In this document: positions 24,550 to 39,500 of the stretch, one piece after another
How positions within the stretch are numbered: the stretch's first letter is position 1
Layout: each line of letters begins with the position of its first letter
Assembly (NCBI RefSeq): GCF_009914755.1
Contig: NC_060938.1
Origin: the human T2T-CHM13v2.0 reference genome, Homo sapiens
Strand: one strand, 5' to 3'
DNA length: 64,000 nucleotides
Translations under genes and position numbers: made by a program
Notes under the pieces: generated by a model
What the model saw: the letters and a program-made list of their open reading frames with translations, nothing else
Databases searched by the model: none
Told to the model about the DNA's origin: nothing

Positions 24550-27500
24550 ACATACTACAAAAAGAGTGCCTCAAAGCTGCTCTCTGAAACGGAATGTTCA
24601 ACTCTATGAGTTGAATGCAAACATCGCAAAGACGTTTCTGAGAATGCTTCTGTCTAGATTTGATATGAAGATATTCCCGTTTCCAACGAAATCTTCAAAT
24701 CTATCCAAATGTCCACTTGCAGATTCAACAAAAAGTGTTTTTCAGAACTGCTCTATCAAAAGAAAGATCCACCTCTGTTAGCTGAGTTCACACATCACAA
24801 ACAAGTTTATGAGAATGCTTCTGTCTAGTTTTTATTTGAAGATATTTCCTTTCTCACCATAGAGCTGAAAGCTGTCCTAATGTTCACTTCCAGATACTAC
24901 AGAAAGAGTGTTTCAAAACTGCTGTACGAAAGGGAATGTTCAACTCTGTGACTTGAATGCACACATCACAAAGAAGTTTCTGAGGATGCTGCTGTCTACT
25001 TTTTATACGTAATCCCGTTTCCAACGAAATCCTCCAAGCTATCCAAATATCCACTTGCAGATTCCACAGAAAGACTGTTTCAAAACTGCTCTGTCAATAG
25101 AAAGGTTCAACTCTGTTAGCTGCATGCATATATCCCAAAGAAGATTCTGAGATTGCTTCTGTCTAGTTTTTATGGGAAGATATTTCCCTTTTCACCGTAG
25201 GCGTCAAGGCGCTCCAAATGTCCACTTCCAGATACTACAAAAAGAGTGTTTCAAACCTACTCTGTGAAAGGGAATATTCAACTCTGTGACTTGAATGCAC
25301 ATATCACAGGGAAGTTTCTGAGAATGCTTCTGTCGAGATTTTATATGAAGATATTCCCGTTTCCAACGAAATCCTGAAATGTATCCAAATATCCCCTTGC
25401 AGATTCTACAGAAAGAGTGTTTCAAAACTGCTCTGTAAAAAGAAAGGTTCAACTCTGTTAGTTGAGTACACACATCACAAACAAGTTTCACAGAATGCTT
25501 CTTTCTAGCTTGTAGGGGAAGATATTCCCTTTATCACCATGGGCCTCCAACCGTCCGAAACATCCACTTCCATATACTACAAAAAGAGCGTTTCAAACCT
25601 GCTCTATGAAAGGGAATGTTCAACTCTGTGACTTGAATGCAGACATCACAGAGCAGTTTCTGAGAATGCTTCTGTCTAGATTTTATAGGAAGATATTCCC
25701 GTTTCCAACGAAATCTTCACAGCTATCCAAATATCCACTTGCAGATTCTACAAAAAGAGTGTATCAAAACTGCTCTGTCAAAAGGAAGGTTCTTCTCTGT
25801 TAGGTGAGTGCATACGTCATAAAGGAGTTTCTGAGAATGTTTCTGTCTAGTGGTTATGGGAAGATATTTGCTTTTTCACCGTAGGCCTCAGAGCGCTCCA
25901 AATATCCACTTGCACATACTACAAAAAGAGTGCCTCAAAGCTGCTCTCTGAAACGGAATGTTCAACTCTATGAGTTGAATGCAAACATCGCAAAGACGTT
26001 TCTGAGAATGCTTCTGTCTAGATTTGATATGAAGATATTCCCGTTTCCAACGAAATCTTCAAATCTATCCAAATGTCCACTTGCAGATTCAACAAAAAGT
26101 GTTTTTCAGAATTGCTCTATCAAAAGAAAGATCCACCTCTGTTAGCTGAGTTCACACATCACAAACAAGTTTATGAGAATGCTTCTGTCTAGTTTTTATT
26201 TGAAGATATTTCCTTTCTCACCATAGAGCTGAAAGCTGTCCTAATGTTCACTTCCAGATACTACAGAAAGAGTGTTTCAAAACTGCTGTACGAAAGGGAA
26301 TGTTCAACTCTGTGACTTGAATGCACACATCACAAAGAAGTTTCTGAGGATGCTGCTGTCTACTTTTTATACGTAATCCCGTTTCCAACGAAATCCTCCA
26401 AGCTATCCAAATATCCACTTGCAGATTCCACAGAAAGACTGTTTCAAAACTGCTCTGTCAATAGAAAGGTTCAACTCTGTTAGCTGCATGCATATATCCC
26501 AAAGAAGATTCTGAGATTGCTTCTGTCTAGTTTTTATGGGAAGATATTTCCCTTTTCACCGTAGGCGTCAAGGCGCTCCAAATGTCCACTTCCAGATACT
26601 ACAAAAAGAGTGTTTCAAACCTACTCTGTGAAAGGGAATATTCAACTCTGTGACTTGAATGCACATATCACAAGGAAGTTTCTGAGAATGCTTCTGTCGA
26701 GATTTTATATGAAGATATTCCCGTTTCCAACGAAATCCTGAAATCTATCCAAATATCCCCTTGCAGATTCTACAAAAAGAGTGTTTCAAAACTGCTCTGT
26801 AAAAAGAAAGGTTCAACTCTGTTAGTTGAGTACACACATCACAAACAAGTTTCACACAATGCTTCTTTCTAGCTTGTAGGGGAAGATATTCCCTTTATCA
26901 CCATGGGCCTCAAACCGTCCGATAAGTCCACTTCCATATACTACAAAAAGAGCATTTCAAACCTGCTCTATGAAAGGCAATGTTCAACTCTGTGACTTGA
27001 ATGCAGACATCACAGAGCAGTTTCTGAGAATGCTTCTGTCTAGATTTTATAGGAAGATATTCCCGTTTCCAACGAAATCTTCACAGCTATCCAAATATCC
27101 ACTTGCAGATTCTACAAAAAGAGTGTATCAAAACTGCTCTGTCAAAAGGAAGGTTCTTTTCTGTTAGGTGAGTGCATACGTCATAAAGGAGTTTCTGAGA
27201 ATGTTTCTGTCTAGTGGTTATGGGAAGATATTTGCTTTTTCACCGTAGGCCTCAGAGCGCTCCAAATATCCACTTGCACATACTACAAAAAGAGTGCCTC
27301 AAAGCTGCTCTCTGAAACGGAATGTTCAACTCTATGAGTTGAATGCAAACATCGCAAAGACGTTTCTGAGAATGCTTCTGTCTAGATTTGATATGAAGAT
27401 ATTCCCGTTTCCAACGAAATCTTCAAATCTATCCAAATGTCCACTTGCAGATTCAACAAAAAGTGTTTTTCAGAACTGCTCTATCAAAAGAAAGATCCAC

Positions 27501-30500
27501 CTCTGTTAGCTGAGTTCACACATCACAAACAAGTTTATGAGAATGCTTCTGTCTAGTTTTTATTTGAAGATATTTCCTTTCTCACCATAGAGCTGAAAGC
27601 TGTCCTAATGTTCACTTCCAGATACTACAGAAAGAGTGTTTCAAAACTGCTGTACGAAAGGGAATGTTCAACTCTGTGACTTGAATGCACACATCACAAA
27701 GAAGTTTCTGAGGATGCTGCTGTCTACTTTTTATACGTAATCCCGTTTCCAACGAAATCCTCCAAGCTATCCAAATATCCACTTGCAGATTCCACAGAAA
27801 GACTGTTTCAAAACTGCTCTGTCAATAGAAAGGTTCAACTCTGTTAGCTGCATGCATATATCCCAAAGAAGATTCTGAGATTGCTTCTGTCTAGTTTTTA
27901 TGGGAAGATATTTCCCTTTTCACCGTAGGCGTCAAGGCGCTCCAAATGTCCACTTCCAGATACTACAAAAAGAGTGTTTCAAACCTACTCTGTGAAAGGG
28001 AATATTCAACTCTGTGACTTGAATGCACATATCACAGGGAAGTTTCTGAGAATGCTTCTGTCGAGATTTTATATGAAGATATTCCCGTTTCCAACGAAAT
28101 CCTGAAATGTATCCAAATATCCCCTTGCAGATTCTACAGAAAGAGTGTTTCAAAACTGCTCTGTAAAAAGAAAGGTTCAACTCTGTTAGTTGAGTACACA
28201 CATCACAAACAAGTTTCACAGAATGCTTCTTTCTAGCTTGTAGGGGAAGATATTCCCTTTATCACCATGGGCCTCCAACCGTCCGAAACATCCACTTCCA
28301 TATACTACAAAAAGAGCGTTTCAAACCTGCTCTATGAAAGGCAATGTTCAACTCTGTGACTTGAATGCAGACATCACAGAGCAGTTTCTGAGAATGCTTC
28401 TGTCTAGATTTTATAGGAAGATATTCCCGTTTCCAACGAAATCTTCACAGCTATCCAAATATCCACTTGCAGATTCTACAAAAAGAGTGTATCAAAACTG
28501 CTCTGTCAAAAGGAAGGTTCTTCTCTGTTAGGTGAGTGCATACGTCATAAAGGAGTTTCTGAGAATGTTTCTGTCTAGTGGTTATGGGAAGATATTTGCT
28601 TTTTCACCGTAGGCCTCAGAGCGCTCCAAATATCCACTTGCACATACTACAAAAAGAGTGCCTCAAAGCTGCTCTCTGAAACGGAATGTTCAACTCTATG
28701 AGTTGAATGCAAACATCGCAAAGACGTTTCTGAGAATGCTTCTGTCTAGATTTGATATGAAGATATTCCCGTTTCCAACGAAATCTTCAAATCTATCCAA
28801 ATGTCCACTTGCAGATTCAACAAAAAGTGTTTTTCAGAATTGCTCTATCAAAAGAAAGATCCACCTCTGTTAGCTGAGTTCACACATCACAAACAAGTTT
28901 ATGAGAATGCTTCTGTCTAGTTTTTATTTGAAGATATTTCCTTTCTCACCATAGAGCTGAAAGCTGTCCTAATGTTCACTTCCAGATACTACAGAAAGAG
29001 TGTTTCAAAACTGCTGTACGAAAGGGAATGTTCAACTCTGTGACTTGAATGCACACATCACAAAGAAGTTTCTGAGGATGCTGCTGTCTACTTTTTATAC
29101 GTAATCCCGTTTCCAACGAAATCCTCCAAGCTATCCAAATATCCACTTGCAGATTCCACAGAAAGACTGTTTCAAAACTGCTCTGTCAATAGAAAGGTTC
29201 AACTCTGTTAGCTGCATGCATATATCCCAAAGAAGATTCTGAGATTGCTTCTGTCTAGTTTTTATGGGAAGATATTTCCCTTTTCACCGTAGGCGTCAAG
29301 GCGCTCCAAATGTCCACTTCCAGATACTACAAAAAGAGTGTTTCAAACCTACTCTGTGAAAGGGAATATTCAACTCTGTGACTTGAATGCACATATCACA
29401 AGGAAGTTTCTGAGAATGCTTCTGTCGAGATTTTATATGAAGATATTCCCGTTTCCAACGAAATCCTGAAATCTATCCAAATATCCCCTTGCAGATTCTA
29501 CAAAAAGAGTGTTTCAAAACTGCTCTGTAAAAAGAAAGGTTCAACTCTGTTAGTTGAGTACACACATCACAAACAAGTTTCACACAATGCTTCTTTCTAG
29601 CTTGTAGGGGAAGATATTCCCTTTATCACCATGGGCCTCAAACCGTCCGATAAGTCCACTTCCATATACTACAAAAAGAGCATTTCAAACCTGCTCTATG
29701 AAAGGCAATGTTCAACTCTGTGACTTGAATGCAGACATCACAGAGCAGTTTCTGAGAATGCTTCTGTCTAGATTTTATAGGAAGATATTCCCGTTTCCAA
29801 CGAAATCTTCACAGCTATCCAAATATCCACTTGCAGATTCTACAAAAAGAGTGTATCAAAACTGCTCTGTCAAAAGGAAGGTTCTTTTCTGTTAGGTGAG
29901 TGCATACGTCATAAAGGAGTTTCTGAGAATGTTTCTGTCTAGTGGTTATGGGAAGATATTTGCTTTTTCACCGTAGGCCTCAGAGCGCTCCAAATATCCA
30001 CTTGCACATACTACAAAAAGAGTGCCTCAAAGCTGCTCTCTGAAACGGAATGTTCAACTCTATGAGTTGAATGCAAACATCGCAAAGACGTTTCTGAGAA
30101 TGCTTCTGTCTAGATTTGATATGAAGATATTCCCGTTTCCAACGAAATCTTCAAATCTATCCAAATGTCCACTTGCAGATTCAACAAAAAGTGTTTTTCA
30201 GAACTGCTCTATCAAAAGAAAGATCCACCTCTGTTAGCTGAGTTCACACATCACAAACAAGTTTATGAGAATGCTTCTGTCTAGTTTTTATTTGAAGATA
30301 TTTCCTTTCTCACCATAGAGCTGAAAGCTGTCCTAATGTTCACTTCCAGATACTACAGAAAGAGTGTTTCAAAACTGCTGTACGAAAGGGAATGTTCAAC
30401 TCTGTGACTTGAATGCACACATCACAAAGAAGTTTCTGAGGATGCTGCTGTCTACTTTTTATACGTAATCCCGTTTCCAACGAAATCCTCCAAGCTATCC

Positions 30501-33500
30501 AAATATCCACTTGCAGATTCCACAGAAAGACTGTTTCAAAACTGCTCTGTCAATAGAAAGGTTCAACTCTGTTAGCTGCGTGCATATATCCCAAAGAAGA
30601 TTCTGAGATTGCTTCTGTCTAGTTTTTATGGGAAGATATTTCCCTTTTCACCGTAGGTGTCAAGGCGCTCCAAATGTCCACTTCCAGATACTACAAAAAG
30701 AGTGTTTCAAACCTACTCTGTGAAAGGGAATATTCAACTCTGTGACTTGAATGCACATATCACAAAGAAGTTTCTGAGAATGCTTCTGTCGAGATTTTAT
30801 ATGAAGATATTCCCGTTTCCAACGAAATGCTGAAATCTATCCAAATATCCCCTCGCAGATTCTACAAAAAGAGTGTTTCAAAACTGCTCTGTGAAAAGAA
30901 AGGTTCAACTCTGTTAGTTGAGTACACACATCACAAACAAGTTTCACAGAATGCTTCTTTCTAGCTTGTAGGGGAAGATATTCCCTTTATCACCATGGGC
31001 CTCCAACCGTCCGAAACATCCACTTCCATATACTACAAAAAGAGCGTTTCAAACCTGCTCTATGAAAGGCAATGTTCAACTCTGTGACTTGAATGCAGAC
31101 ATCACAGAGCAGTTTCTGAGAATGCTTCTGTCTAGATTTTATAGGAAGATATTCCCGTTTCCAACGAAATCTTCACAGCTATCCAAATATCCACTTGCAG
31201 ATTCTACAAAAAGAGTGTATCAAAACTGCTCTGTCAAAAGGAAGGTTCTTCTCTGTTAGGTGAGTGCATACGTCATAAAGGAGTTTCTGAGAATGTTTCT
31301 GTCTAGTGGTTATGGGAAGATATTTGCTTTTTCACCGTAGGCCTCAGAGCGCTCCAAATATCCACTTGCACATACTACAAAAAGAGTGCCTCAAAGCTGC
31401 TCTCTGAAACGGAATGTTCAACTCTATGAGTTGAATGCAAACATCGCAAAGACGTTTCTGAGAATGCTTCTGTCTAGATTTGATATGAAGATATTCCCGT
31501 TTCCAACGAAATCTTCAAATCTATCCAAATGTCCACTTGCAGATTCAACAAAAAGTGTTTTTCAGAACTGCTCTATCAAAAGAAAGATCCACCTCTGTTA
31601 GCTGAGTTCACACATCACAAACAAGTTTATGAGAATGCTTCTGTCTAGTTTTTATTTGAAGATATTTCCTTTCTCACCATAGAGCTGAAAGCTGTCCTAA
31701 TGTTCACTTCCAGATACTACAGAAAGAGTGTTTCAAAACTGCTGTACGAAAGGGAATGTTCAACTCTGTGACTTGAATGCACACATCACAAAGAAGTTTC
31801 TGAGGATGCTGCTGTCTACTTTTTATACGTAATCCCGTTTCCAACGAAATCCTCCAAGCTATCCAAATATCCACTTGCAGATTCCACAGAAAGACTGTTT
31901 CAAAACTGCTCTGTCAATAGAAAGGTTCAACTCTGTTAGCTGCGTGCATATATCCCAAAGAAGATTCTGAGATTGCTTCTGTCTAGTTTTTATGGGAAGA
32001 TATTTCCCTTTTCACCGTAGGTGTCAAGGCGCTCCAAATGTCCACTTCCAGATACTACAAAAAGAGTGTTTCAAACCTACTCTGTGAAAGGGAATATTCA
32101 ACTCTGTGACTTGAATGCACATATCACAAAGAAGTTTCTGAGAATGCTTCTGTCGAGATTTTATATGAAGATATTCCCGTTTCCAACGAAATGCTGAAAT
32201 CTATCCAAATATCCCCTCGCAGATTCTACAAAAAGAGTGTTTCAAAACTGCTCTGTGGAAAGAAAGGTTCAACTCTGTTAGTTGAGTACACACATCACAA
32301 ACAAGTTTCACAGAATGCTTCTTTCTAGCTTGTAGGGGAAGATATTCCCTTTATCACCATGGGCCTCCAACCGTCCGAAACATCCACTTCCATATACTAC
32401 AAAAAGAGCGTTTCAAACCTGCTCTATGAAAGGCAATGTTCAACTCTGTGACTTGAATGCAGACATCACAGAGCAGTTTCTGAGAATGCTTCTGTCTAGA
32501 TTTTATAGGAAGATATTCCCGTTTCCAACGAAATCTTCACAGCTATCCAAATATCCACTTGCAGATTCTACAAAAAGAGTGTATCAAAACTGCTCTGTCA
32601 AAAGGAAGGTTCTTCTCTGTTAGGTGAGTGCATACGTCATAAAGGAGTTTCTGAGAATGTTTCTGTCTAGTGGTTATGGGAAGATATTTGCTTTTTCACC
32701 GTAGGCCTCAGAGCGCTCCAAATATCCACTTGCACATACTACAAAAAGAGTGCTTCAAAGCTGCTCTCTGAAACGGAATGTTCAACTCTATGAGTTGAAT
32801 GCAAACATCACAAAGACGTTTCTGAGAATGCTTCTGTCTAGATTTGATATGAAGATATTCCCGTTTCCAACGAAATCTTCAAATCTATCCAAATGTCCAC
32901 TTGCAGATTCAACAAAAAGTGTTTTTCAGAACTGCTCTATCAAAAGAAAGATCCACCTCTGTTAGCTGAGTTCACACATCACAAACAAGTTTATGAGAAT
33001 GCTTCTGTCTAGTTTTTATTTGAAGATATTTCCTTTCTCACCATAGAGCTGAAAGCTGTCCTAATGTTCACTTCCAGATACTACAGAAAGAGTGTTTCAA
33101 AACTGCTGTACGAAAGGGAATGTTCAACTCTGTGACTTGAATGCACACATCACAAAGAAGTTTCTGAGGATGCTGCTGTCTACTTTTTATACGTAATCCC
33201 GTTTCCAACGAAATCCTCCAAGCTATCCAAATATCCACTTGCAGATTCCACAGAAAGACTGTTTCAAAACTGCTCTGTCAATAGAAAGGTTCAACTCTGT
33301 TAGCTGCATGCATATATCCCAAAGAAGATTCTGAGATTGCTTCTGTCTAGTTTTTATGGGAAGATATTTCCCTTTTCACCGTAGGCGTCAAGGCGCTCCA
33401 AATGTCCACTTCCAGATACTACAAAAAGAGTGTTTCAAACCTACTCTGTGAAAGGGAATATTCAACTCTGTGACTTGAATGCACATATCACAAGGAAGTT

Positions 33501-36500
33501 TCTGAGAATGCTTCTGTCGAGATTTTATATGAAGATATTCCCGTTTCCAACGAAATCCTGAAATCTATCCAAATATCCCCTCGCAGATTCTACAAAAAGA
33601 GTGTTTCAAAACTGCTCTGTAAAAAGAAAAGTTCAACTCTGTTAGTTGAGTACACACATCACAAACAAGTTTCACACAATGCTTCTTTCTAGCTTGTAGG
33701 GGAAGATATTCCCTTTATCACCATGGGCCTCAAACCGTCCGATAAGTCCACTTCCATATACTACAAAAAGAGCGTTTCAAACCTGCTCTATGAAAGGCAA
33801 TGTTCAACTCTGTGACTTGAATGCAGACATCACAGAGCAGTTTCTGAGAATGCTTCTGTCTAGATTTTATAGGAAGATATTCCCGTTTCCAACGAAATCT
33901 TCACAGCTATCCAAATATCCACTTGCAGATTCTACAAAAAGAGTGTATCAAAACTGCTCTGTCAAAAGGAAGGTTCTTTTCTGTTAGGTGAGTGCATACG
34001 TCATAAAGGAGTTTCTGAGAATGTTTCTGTCTAGTGGTTATGGGAAGATATTTGCTTTTTCACCGTAGGCCTCAGAGCGCTCCAAATATCCACTTGCACA
34101 TACTACAAAAAGAGTGCCTCAAAGCTGCTCTCTGAAACGGAAGGTTCAACTCTATGAGTTGAATGCAAACATCGCAAAGACGTTTCTGAGAATGCTTCTG
34201 TCTAGATTTGATATGAAGATATTCCCGTTTCCAACGAAATCTTCAAATCTATCCAAATGTCCACTTGCAGATTCAACAAAAAGTGTTTTTCAGAACTGCT
34301 CTATCAAAAGAAAGATCCACCTCTGTTAGCTGAGTTCACACATCACAAACAAGTTTATGAGAATGCTTCTGTCTAGTTTTTATTTGAAGATATTTCCTTT
34401 CTCACCATAGAGCTGAAAGCTGTCCTAATGTTCACTTCCAGATACTACAGAAAGAGTGTTTCAAAACTGCTGTACGAAAGGGAATGTTCAACTCTGTGAC
34501 TTGAATGCACACATCACAAAGAAGTTTCTGAGGATGCTGCTGTCTACTTTTTATACGTAATCCCGTTTCCAACGAAATCCTCCAAGCTATCCAAATATCC
34601 ACTTGCAGATTCCACAGAAAGACTGTTTCAAAACTGCTCTGTCAATAGAAAGGTTCAACTCTGTTAGCTGCGTGCATATATCCCAAAGAAGATTCTGAGA
34701 TTGCTTCTGTCTAGTTTTTATGGGAAGATATTTCCCTTTTCACCGTAGGCGTCAAGGCGCTCCAAATGTCCACTTCCAGATACTACAAAAAGAGTGTTTC
34801 AAACCTACTCTGTGAAAGGGAATATTCAACTCTGTGACTTGAATGCACATATCACAAAGAAGTTTCTGAGAATGCTTCTGTCGAGATTTTATATGAAGAT
34901 ATTCCCGTTTCCAACGAAATGCTGAAATCTATCCAAATATCCCCTCGCAGATTCTACAAAAAGAGTGTTTCAAAACTGCTCTGTAAAAAGAAAGGTTCAA
35001 CTCTGTTAGTTGAGTACACACATCACAAACAAGTTTCACAGAATGCTTCTTTCTAGCTTGTAGGGGAAGATATTCCCTTTATCACCATGGGCCTCCAACC
35101 GTCCGAAACATCCACTTCCATATACTACAAAAAGAGCGTTTCAAACCTGCTCTATGAAAGGCAATGTTCAACTCTGTGACTTGAATGCAGACATCACAGA
35201 GCAGTTTCTGAGAATGCTTCTGTCTAGATTTTATAGGAAGATATTCCCGTTTCCAACGAAATCTTCACAGCTATCCAAATATCCACTTGCAGATTCTACA
35301 AAAAGAGTGTATCAAAACTGCTCTGTCAAAAGGAAGGTTCTTCTCTGTTAGGTGAGTGCATACGTCATAAAGGAGTTTCTGAGAATGTTTCTGTCTAGTG
35401 GTTATGGGAAGATATTTGCTTTTTCACCGTAGGCCTCAGAGCGCTCCAAATATCCACTTGCACATACTACAAAAAGAGTGCCTCAAAGCTGCTCTCTGAA
35501 ACGGAATGTTCAACTCTATGAGTTGAATGCAAACATCGCAAAGACGTTTCTGAGAATGCTTCTGTCTAGATTTGATATGAAGATATTCCCGTTTCCAACG
35601 AAATCTTCAAATCTATCCAAATGTCCACTTGCAGATTCAACAAAAAGTGTTTTTCAGAACTGCTCTATCAAAAGAAAGATCCACCTCTGTTAGCTGAGTT
35701 CACACATCACAAACAAGTTTATGAGAATGCTTCTGTCTAGTTTTTATTTGAAGATATTTCCTTTCTCACCATAGAGCTGAAAGCTGTCCTAATGTTCACT
35801 TCCAGATACTACAGAAAGAGTGTTTCAAAACTGCTGTACGAAAGGGAATGTTCAACTCTGTGACTTGAATGCACACATCACAAAGAAGTTTCTGAGGATG
35901 CTGCTGTCTACTTTGTATACGTAATCCCGTTTCCAACGAAATCCTCCAAGCTATCCAAATATCCACTTGCAGATTCCACAGAAAGACTGTTTCAAAACTG
36001 CTCTGTCAATAGAAAGGTTCAACTCTGTTAGCTGCATGCATATATCCCAAAGAAGATTCTGAGATTGCTTCTGTCTAGTTTTTATGGGAAGATATTTCCC
36101 TTTTCACCGTAGGCGTCAAGGCGCTCCAAATGTCCACTTCCAGATACTACAAAAAGAGTGTTTCAAACCTACTCTGTGAAAGGGAATATTCAACTCTGTG
36201 ACTTGAATGCACATATCACAGGGAAGTTTCTGAGAATGCTTCTGTCGAGATTTTATATGAAGATATTCCCGTTTCCAACGAAATCCTGAAATGTATCCAA
36301 ATATCCCCTTGCAGATTCTACAGAAAGAGTGTTTCAAAACTGCTCTGTAAAAAGAAAGGTTCAACTCTGTTAGTTGAGTACACACATCACAAACAAGTTT
36401 CACAGAATGCTTCTTTCTAGCTTGTAGGGGAAGATATTCCCTTTATCACCATGGGCCTCCAACCGTCCGAAACATCCACTTCCATATACTACAAAAAGAG

Positions 36501-39500
36501 CGTTTCAAACCTGCTCTATGAAAGGCAATGTTCAACTCTGTGACTTGAATGCAGACATCACAGAGCAGTTTCTGAGAATGCTTCTGTCTAGATTTTATAG
36601 GAAGATATTCCCGTTTCCAATGAAATCTTCACAGCTATCCAAATATCCACTTGCAGATTCTACAAAAAGAGTGTATCAAAACTGCTCTGTCAAAAGGAAG
36701 GTTCTTCTCTGTTAGGTGAGTGCATACGTCATAAAGGAGTTTCTGAGAATGTTTCTGTCTAGTGGTTATGGGAAGATATTTGCTTTTTCACCGTAGGCCT
36801 CAGAGCGCTCCAAATATCCACTTGCACATACTACAAAAAGAGTGCCTCAAAGCTGCTCTCTGAAACGGAATGTTCAACTCTATGAGTTGAATGCAAACAT
36901 CGCAAAGACGTTTCTGAGAATGCTTCTGTCTAGATTTGATATGAAGATATTCCCGTTTCCAACGAAATCTTCAAATCTATCCAAATGTCCACTTGCAGAT
37001 TCAACAAAAAGTGTTTTTCAGAATTGCTCTATCAAAAGAAAGATCCACCTCTGTTAGCTGAGTTCACACATCACAAACAAGTTTATGAGAATGCTTCTGT
37101 CTAGTTTTTATTTGAAGATATTTCCTTTCTCACCATAGAGCTGAAAGCTGTCCTAATGTTCACTTCCAGATACTACAGAAAGAGTGTTTCAAAACTGCTG
37201 TACGAAAGGGAATGTTCAACTCTGTGACTTGAATGCACACATCACAAAGAAGTTTCTGAGGATGCTGCTGTCTACTTTTTATACGTAATCCCGTTTCCAA
37301 CGAAATCCTCCAAGCTATCCAAATATCCACTTGCAGATTCCACAGAAAGACTGTTTCAAAACTGCTCTGTCAATAGAAAGGTTCAACTCTGTTAGCTGCA
37401 TGCATATATCCCAAAGAAGATTCTGAGATTGCTTCTGTCTAGTTTTTATGGGAAGATATTTCCCTTTTCACCGTAGGCGTCAAGGCGCTCCAAATGTCCA
37501 CTTCCAGATACTACAAAAAGAGTGTTTCAAACCTACTCTGTGAAAGGGAATATTCAACTCTGTGACTTGAATGCACATATCACAAGGAAGTTTCTGAGAA
37601 TGCTTCTGTCGAGATTTTATATGAAGATATTCCCGTTTCCAACGAAATCCTGAAATCTATCCAAATATCCCCTTGCAGATTCTACAAAAAGAGTGTTTCA
37701 AAACTGCTCTGTAAAAAGAAAGGTTCAACTCTGTTAGTTGAGTACACACATCACAAACAAGTTTCACACAATGCTTCTTTCTAGCTTGTAGGGGAAGATA
37801 TTCCCTTTATCACCATGGGCCTCAAACCGTCCGATAAGTCCACTTCCATATACTACAAAAAGAGCATTTCAAACCTGCTCTATGAAAGGCAATGTTCAAC
37901 TCTGTGACTTGAATGCAGACATCACAGAGCAGTTTCTGAGAATGCTTCTGTCTAGATTTTATAGGAAGATATTCCCGTTTCCAACGAAATCTTCACAGCT
38001 ATCCAAATATCCACTTGCAGATTCTACAAAAAGAGTGTATCAAAACTGCTCTGTCAAAAGGAAGGTTCTTTTCTGTTAGGTGAGTGCATACGTCATAAAG
38101 GAGTTTCTGAGAATGTTTCTGTCTAGTGGTTATGGGAAGATATTTGCTTTTTCACCGTAGGCCTCAGAGCGCTCCAAATATCCACTTGCACATACTACAA
38201 AAAGAGTGCCTCAAAGCTGCTCTCTGAAACGGAATGTTCAACTCTATGAGTTGAATGCAAACATCGCAAAGACGTTTCTGAGAATGCTTCTGTCTAGATT
38301 TGATATGAAGATATTCCCGTTTCCAACGAAATCTTCAAATCTATCCAAATGTCCACTTGCAGATTCAACAAAAAGTGTTTTTCAGAACTGCTCTATCAAA
38401 AGAAAGATCCACCTCTGTTAGCTGAGTTCACACATCACAAACAAGTTTATGAGAATGCTTCTGTCTAGTTTTTATTTGAAGATATTTCCTTTCTCACCAT
38501 AGAGCTGAAAGCTGTCCTAATGTTCACTTCCAGATACTACAGAAAGAGTGTTTCAAAACTGCTGTACGAAAGGGAATGTTCAACTCTGTGACTTGAATGC
38601 ACACATCACAAAGAAGTTTCTGAGGATGCTGCTGTCTACTTTTTATACGTAATCCCGTTTCCAACGAAATCCTCCAAGCTATCCAAATATCCACTTGCAG
38701 ATTCCACAGAAAGACTGTTTCAAAACTGCTCTGTCAATAGAAAGGTTCAACTCTGTTAGCTGCATGCATATATCCCAAAGAAGATTCTGAGATTGCTTCT
38801 GTCTAGTTTTTATGGGAAGATATTTCCCTTTTCACCGTAGGCGTCAAGGCGCTCCAAATGTCCACTTCCAGATACTACAAAAAGAGTGTTTCAAACCTAC
38901 TCTGTGAAAGGGAATATTCAACTCTGTGACTTGAATGCACATATCACAGGGAAGTTTCTGAGAATGCTTCTGTCGAGATTTTATATGAAGATATTCCCGT
39001 TTCCAACGAAATCCTGAAATGTATCCAAATATCCCCTTGCAGATTCTACAGAAAGAGTGTTTCAAAACTGCTCTGTAAAAAGAAAGGTTCAACTCTGTTA
39101 GTTGAGTACACACATCACAAACAAGTTTCACAGAATGCTTCTTTCTAGCTTGTAGGGGAAGATATTCCCTTTATCACCATGGGCCTCCAACCGTCCGAAA
39201 CATCCACTTCCATATACTACAAAAAGAGCGTTTCAAACCTGCTCTATGAAAGGCAATGTTCAACTCTGTGACTTGAATGCAGACATCACAGAGCAGTTTC
39301 TGAGAATGCTTCTGTCTAGATTTTATAGGAAGATATTCCCGTTTCCAACGAAATCTTCACAGCTATCCAAATATCCACTTGCAGATTCTACAAAAAGAGT
39401 GTATCAAAACTGCTCTGTCAAAAGGAAGGTTCTTCTCTGTTAGGTGAGTGCATACGTCATAAAGGAGTTTCTGAGAATGTTTCTGTCTAGTGGTTATGGG

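Noticed and set aside
25204-25491. 95-aa Cys-rich minus-strand ORF (seven copies) with CxxC-like spacing
   Set aside because: It appears only where the offset 832 C>G change removes a stop codon. The CxxC patterns come from the tgtgatgtgtg satellite motif, not from a zinc finger.
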